Assembly: GCA_036867785.1 (NCBI GenBank)
Contig: CP145410.1
Coordinates: 1,736,001-1,800,000 of the forward strand
Reading direction: 5' to 3'
Source of the DNA: Plasmodiophora brassicae
Lineage: Eukaryota
Length of the DNA stretch: 64,000 nt
Part shown: piece after piece, positions 59,069 to 64,000 of the stretch
Layout: every line of letters begins with the position of its first letter
Numbering within the stretch: position 1 is the first letter of the stretch
The notes under the pieces: model-generated
What the model was told of the DNA's origin: nothing
Databases searched by the model: none
What the model saw: the letters and a program-made list of their open reading frames with translations, nothing else
Translations under genes and position numbers: made by a program

Positions 59069-61037
59069 ATGGACCGCGACTGGGACGACATGACCGATGC
59101 CGAATGGGAAGCGTACGAGGAGCGCGTGTACCAGGAGCAGTTGGAGGAGATCAAGCAGACCGTCCGGGTCACACTGCCGTGTCCGTCTACATGGACGTGC
59201 ATGCCCAATTGCGGGTGGACGCTGACGCGCGAGCCGTCTTAGGGGTTGCGCGACAGATCGGCGTCATGCTGGGCGTGATGTTCTGCAAATGGGGCACCGG
59301 TGCCATCGGGCATGGGACATCAGCACCCCGTACTGCAAAGCGCTGTGCTGACACTGGCGCAGGTTCCACGCGCCTCCCATTCCGAACATTGGCCAGGAAG
59401 CCAAGCGATATTACATCAGCGAGCGCGTCCGCAGGACGCTTCAGGCCCGCGACCTTATCTTCGTCGGCGAACGCGTCGGCCTTGCGGCACTTGACTGACG
59501 GGCGGATTCTGAATACAAACTCAGCCGGTACGTACGTTCGCGTGCGATCTCGAATATCTCGCGCGCATGATGGACCGGGAGATCGCGAAGCGGTTGACCG
59601 AGGTGCCGCTGTCCTGGCAGTGGCCAGCAGGGCAGCTTGCATTCCGCTTGCACTTGCGATTCTGTCGCCTCCAAGCGATCCCCGATGTGGACCGCTTGAT
59701 GTTATCTGTCCAGCCTAACGACATCGCCCAGGCGGATTTCTCGTTGAACGCCATCGATCGCATCGACGGCGCGCTTGCGTCGTTCGCGATGGTTCGCGAC
59801 CTGAACCTGTCGAAGAACCTGCTGACGACGCTGTCGCTGACCGCGTTGCCGAACCTGACACACCTGAACCTCAGCCACAACGTCATCGACACTGTTATCA
59901 ACGTCGACCTCCCGCGCCTCGTGGACTTGGATCTCAGCGGGAACCGCCTAACGGACGATGGGTTCGATACGCTCGCTCGAGGCGCACCTCGTCTTGAAAC
60001 GCTGGATCTGACCTGCAACATGGTCACGACGTTGGACGGCATTCGAACGTTATCACGACTGGCAACGCTGCTGGCTTCCCGTAATCGAATCAGTGATCTG
60101 GGGCCGTGCGCGTCCCTGCCCCAGTTAAAGGTGCTGGTCGTCGCGGAGAACCAGATCGGATCGCTGGATACGACCAGGAAAGCGCTGGCGCTCCTGAAAC
60201 CAATGCAACGGGTCAGCCTGTGGGGGAACCCGATCGCCGAGGACCCGTTCTACAAGCTGACGATCCTTGATGCCGCTGCGCCTGATCTCCTCGACGAACA
60301 GGCCATTCGCCCGTACGTTCGTGCGCAACTTGCCGACCTGAAGAACAAGGAATTAGGTTAGCTGATGAACTATTCATCGAAAGGTTCTACTAACCGAGTT
60401 GTGACACAGTGGACAACCTTCTCGTGGCCATTACCGACGAATGTCAGTTACTCTCGTTCGTATCGTATGCGTACCTGACGAGGAACGAAACGCAGATCGA
60501 GCAAGGATCGAGAGCGAGGAAGCACTGGCCCAGGAGTACATTGACGAGTTACGTGCGGCGCAGGTGCAGGCGGAACAGCGATACATCGACTACCGGAACG
60601 AGATGAACCAGGAGCTTCGTGAAACGATCACGTTCCTGCAAATGGCGCGGGGCAAGCCCAGTTGGCTGTTGACACAGGAAGGCCTGCTGGAATGGAAATC
60701 GAAGCTTGATGCCCTGCAAGTCGAACGCGAGACCGCCGTACAACGAACTCGTGCAGAGGCGACGAAGCAGGCCGTAGAGGCGCGGAAGAAACTCGTCCAG
60801 AGCCAGACCATGACGAAGAAGCTCTACGCCATCTCCATGACGAAACCGCAGATCTGGCGAGCCATGAAGGCTCGCGAGCTTGAACTCATCCAGCGAGAAG
60901 AAGCTGCAGGGTTACGCACGGTAACAACGACACGTGGCAATGGTGTCCAGCAGGATCACCCGCTCCCGAGGCCAGGTGCGGACGCACTTCACGACGCGGT
61001 GCGTGACGTTGTTGGTAGGGCCCGCCGCACTGACTAG
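59069..61037 (+). CDS. SDS22-like leucine-rich-repeat + coiled-coil protein, multi-exon, 3' end uncertain
   Basis: LNLSKN, LNLSHN, LDLSGN, LDLTCN, LLASRN, LWGNPI..YKLTIL (LRRcap). Confidence 0.8.
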
Positions 61038-61733
61038 GTTACCGTCGGCAATGTGTGTGACTAAGCCCGGCCCCCTCCCCTCTCCCCTGGCGATCTGGGT
61101 ACCGCCTCAGCACCAGTCCAGCGTATTATGAACGTCAGCTATTAATTGGTCAATTCGTATTGCTCCAGTACTGGGACTATTCAGGGTGACCTGCGATCTG
61201 GCGGCCATTTCGGCTTGCATCCCTTTCGAGTGCGTGCCATCTCTCCTATACCGGTCGGTGCCGAGGATGCGAACGGCATCGGGCAATGATGCTCTAGATG
61301 ATTCTCTCCTGCGGGGATCCACGAACTCGAGGAAACGGACGCCAGGCTAGACGTCATATACCACCTGACCTCATCGACGTGTGGTTTAACACGATGCGAA
61401 AGAGCGAACCCATTCTCGATATGTGGGTCGGGTTCACACTAATCGCAACAACCAACAGGGCTTCTGAAGAAGCGTCATCGCCGACGACCATGTATGCACC
61501 TTGGCGGCGCGGTGCCATCCACCTGCTTTCCAATCGTTTGGTGAACGGTGGCTGTATGTGCACTCGTCGCCTGTATCAGAAGCATGAGTCTCATCCTGTT
61601 AGCTATGGACGTTCATCGTAGAATCCATCATGTGACACTCGAAACAGGTAGAAACAAAGTAGGCCAGCTACTTACGCTGTTGTAGTGAGTACTGCCAGAA
61701 ACGCTTCATTCGTTTATTCATTAGCGTCAACGA

Positions 61734-64000
61734 TCAGAATGAGCAGAAGCTACCTGCCAGGTCTGTCGCCCTGGTGATCATCTCGGCTTGGGTGCGCTTT
61801 GAGTAGGTGCCATCGGTTCGCGTCCGGTATCCGAGGATGCGGACAGTATTGGGCACGACGCGGTAGAAGATCCTTTCGTTGCCAATGCGAACGCGATACA
61901 CGCGAGGGTTCTGTGTGTGCCAGACCGATTTCGGATGCATCGATAGCAGGCTGTCGAGCGTTCGAAATCGAGTCTCTTTGGAGACAAGTTCCTTGATGTG
62001 CTCATCCAAGGCGTCACAATGTACGACAACGCTCAGCAGCGGCGAAGAAGAGGCATCGGAAAGAGTGGGTGTGGGCAGGAGCTCTGGTTTGCGTTGTTTC
62101 GGGCAACTGTTCTGCCGTCGTTTAGCACGTTTAGACGTCAACGGAAGCGCAATAGCGCTAACGTGCAGGTCGACATCGTGCCTCATCGAGGAACCGCCTA
62201 CCTCCGGTCGAGAAGACGACGTCGACGGTAACACCGAGGTGCACTGCGCCACGATCTTTGCTTCGATCCAACTGCTAAGGCCGGGTAGTCTTGGCATGCG
62301 CTTATGCTGAAGCAGACGATGGAAGTCGTACAGAACACCGCACATCTCGGCATGAGGGAGCATCTCACGGCCCCACACGTTTGTGTCATTGCAAGCGATC
62401 ACAAATAGTGTCGCGCTGACGTCGCTCATCAGTTCAGCAACGTTTCGCAGGTTTCCGTTCGAGTCGAGAACGAGGGCGACCCGGGCAGCCAGCAACGAGT
62501 AAGCAGCTGGGCAGCGCGGTAAGCGCGTCACGGCCAGCAAGGCGTCATCAACGGACGTTGATAAGGTCGATGAGCTGCTGACCGCGTTCAGGAACGCGAT
62601 TTGTCCGGCGAACATTGGGGCAAAGTCTCTGGCATCCAAACGCGTTACTTTGCCGACCTTATCAGAGCGGCGTAACGAGAGCTGCGCCACGAAGTTCATG
62701 AGGCGACGCCAGATCTCAAATGCTGCAGGAATGCGTGCGATGGCATTGGAAATGGCCTTTTTCAGGTAGCGATCACGGCGAGCGAACAACAAAGCGATTA
62801 ACCGAATGCACTCCAGACGAGCATCGTCATTCGTCCCCTTTTTCAGTTCCTCCAGGATACGGTCAACGCGAGCGCAGGAAACAGGTTCACTGATTTTGGT
62901 TTGCAAGGCTGTCATCCACCAGTTGGGGCCCATTTGGGTAACCTCGACCAGGTCCAATAGCAGCAGAATGGCGCGTCGCAATGCGTCTGGGAAGGGCCGT
63001 TCAAAGAATCGGCCAAAATTCTGCAAGAGGCTCACGTGACAACCGGACAGGAGGATTGGCAGCACATCGTTGACCGAGTCAAATGGTGCCGTGAACAAAT
63101 TGGCCTCAACTGAGGTCCAGTTACGTGCCTCCCGGAAGTCAGCAGTTCCAAGAAATGCCAAGACCATGATCGGGTTGGACCATTTGATGTCTGGGTGAAT
63201 GACCACTTTGCTCAGGTGGCCCACGTCGAATGTCGTGGAATCATCAGGTTGGACCATCGTGCAGAACTTTCGCAAGATAACCACCCGATCATCGTCATGG
63301 TCGTCGTAATCGGCAGACAGCGCTCTCTGGCAGATGTAGCGTAACGACGAATTTGTCGACGGTCGGGAGAGCAAATCGTGTACACCATCATCAGTCTCTA
63401 AGTTCAGGCCAAGGTCCTGGAAGACCAGTTCAGGCATCATCTGGCGAATATCGAAAACATTCCGCCAGAGTGACCTTGTATCTTGAAGTGACCAGTTGGC
63501 AAATGAAACAGACCGGAATACTGATGCGGGTGATAGAGCCACCGCCTTCGCCATACCATGTACAATGTAATCATCACGGTCCGTGGACACCATTAGGACG
63601 CTCTCGTTCGCCGCCATGCAAGGGACAGCCTGCGCTGACAGTTTCTGCTGCTCTCGTGCATACGCATTGTCAACTGTCTGCGCAAGACGAGCAAATGCAG
63701 AAGGGTTCCCATACAGAAGCGATTGTGTGACGGCGTGTGCGAATTCAATATGGATCCGCATGGAGGATATCCCGGGCGTCCATATTGCGTGTGTCGCTTT
63801 GTCGAGGTGGATGATGGCATCAAGGTACTGCCTACGGGCGCTTGCAATGAACCACAGTGTCAGAGGGTGGCTTGGTCGACATTTTGCGGATTCAAACATG
63901 TCGACGATTGGCTGAAGTTCCCATCGCAAGTTCTCGAGCTGCGACAACGATGTGAGAAAGCTGCCTTCCAAAGCGGTACCACAGACCACGTTTCTCAATC
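61734..64000 (-). CDS. Large intronless helical protein (5' end outside the window) with a C-terminal RelE/ParE-like domain
   Basis: Uninterrupted frame of at least 754 aa; C-terminus VVVHCDALDEHIKEL..RVYRVRIGNERIFYRVVPNTVRILGYRTRTDGTY. Confidence 0.7.
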   Translation of the reverse strand, partial: LRNVVCGTALEGSFLTSLSQLENLRWELQPIVDMFESAKCRPSHPLTLWFIASARRQYLDAIIHLDKATHAIWTPGISSMRIHIEFAHAVTQSLLYGNPSAFARLAQTVDNAYAREQQKLSAQAVPCMAANESVLMVSTDRDDYIVHGMAKAVALSPASVFRSVSFANWSLQDTRSLWRNVFDIRQMMPELVFQDLGLNLETDDGVHDLLSRPSTNSSLRYICQRALSADYDDHDDDRVVILRKFCTMVQPDDSTTFDVGHLSKVVIHPDIKWSNPIMVLAFLGTADFREARNWTSVEANLFTAPFDSVNDVLPILLSGCHVSLLQNFGRFFERPFPDALRRAILLLLDLVEVTQMGPNWWMTALQTKISEPVSCARVDRILEELKKGTNDDARLECIRLIALLFARRDRYLKKAISNAIARIPAAFEIWRRLMNFVAQLSLRRSDKVGKVTRLDARDFAPMFAGQIAFLNAVSSSSTLSTSVDDALLAVTRLPRCPAAYSLLAARVALVLDSNGNLRNVAELMSDVSATLFVIACNDTNVWGREMLPHAEMCGVLYDFHRLLQHKRMPRLPGLSSWIEAKIVAQCTSVLPSTSSSRPEVGGSSMRHDVDLHVSAIALPLTSKRAKRRQNSCPKQRKPELLPTPTLSDASSSPLLSVVVHCDALDEHIKELVSKETRFRTLDSLLSMHPKSVWHTQNPRVYRVRIGNERIFYRVVPNTVRILGYRTRTDGTYSKRTQAEMITRATDLAGSFCSF

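Noticed and set aside
61040-61730. Intergenic stretch with short ORFs, possibly a TE relic
   Set aside because: No convincing motif or repeat boundary
1-64000. tRNA or rRNA genes
   Set aside because: None recognised by eye; tRNAscan-SE and Infernal were not run

Overview
A gene-dense, roughly 58-60% GC eukaryotic window with many short (about 50-70 nt) spliceosomal introns, so most six-frame ORFs are exon fragments. Ciliary genes, tandem GPCRs and secreted ankyrin/RING proteins suggest a flagellated parasitic protist such as a phytomyxid (Plasmodiophora-like); this is inference only. About 27 protein genes are supported. Signalling: a CK1-like kinase, two BMP-kelch-7TM class C GPCRs, a multi-DEP protein and a 7TM-RGS. 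Secreted or surface: an AGC-like pseudokinase, two Pro/Thr mucin-like proteins with a bacterial-looking head, and two Skp1-like effector candidates. Ciliary: OFD1, TMEM17, RABL2, BBS9. Housekeeping: TAF8, TFIIE-alpha, polyprenol reductase, SHMT, PDI, ZIP11. Others: a DUF1771-Smr nuclease, a TALE homeobox, a RING/TRAF protein, a pseudophosphatase, an AT-hook/chromodomain protein, an LRR protein and a large intronless protein ending in a RelE-like domain. The most striking non-genic pattern: all three transposon remnants (Gypsy, LINE, PIF/Harbinger region) carry long short-loop inverted repeats, five fold-backs in total, while I saw none in host genes. The LINE fold-back was built from two diverged family members. 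This is a candidate hairpin-RNA anti-transposon system. Exon boundaries, identities and domain calls were made by eye and are approximate.
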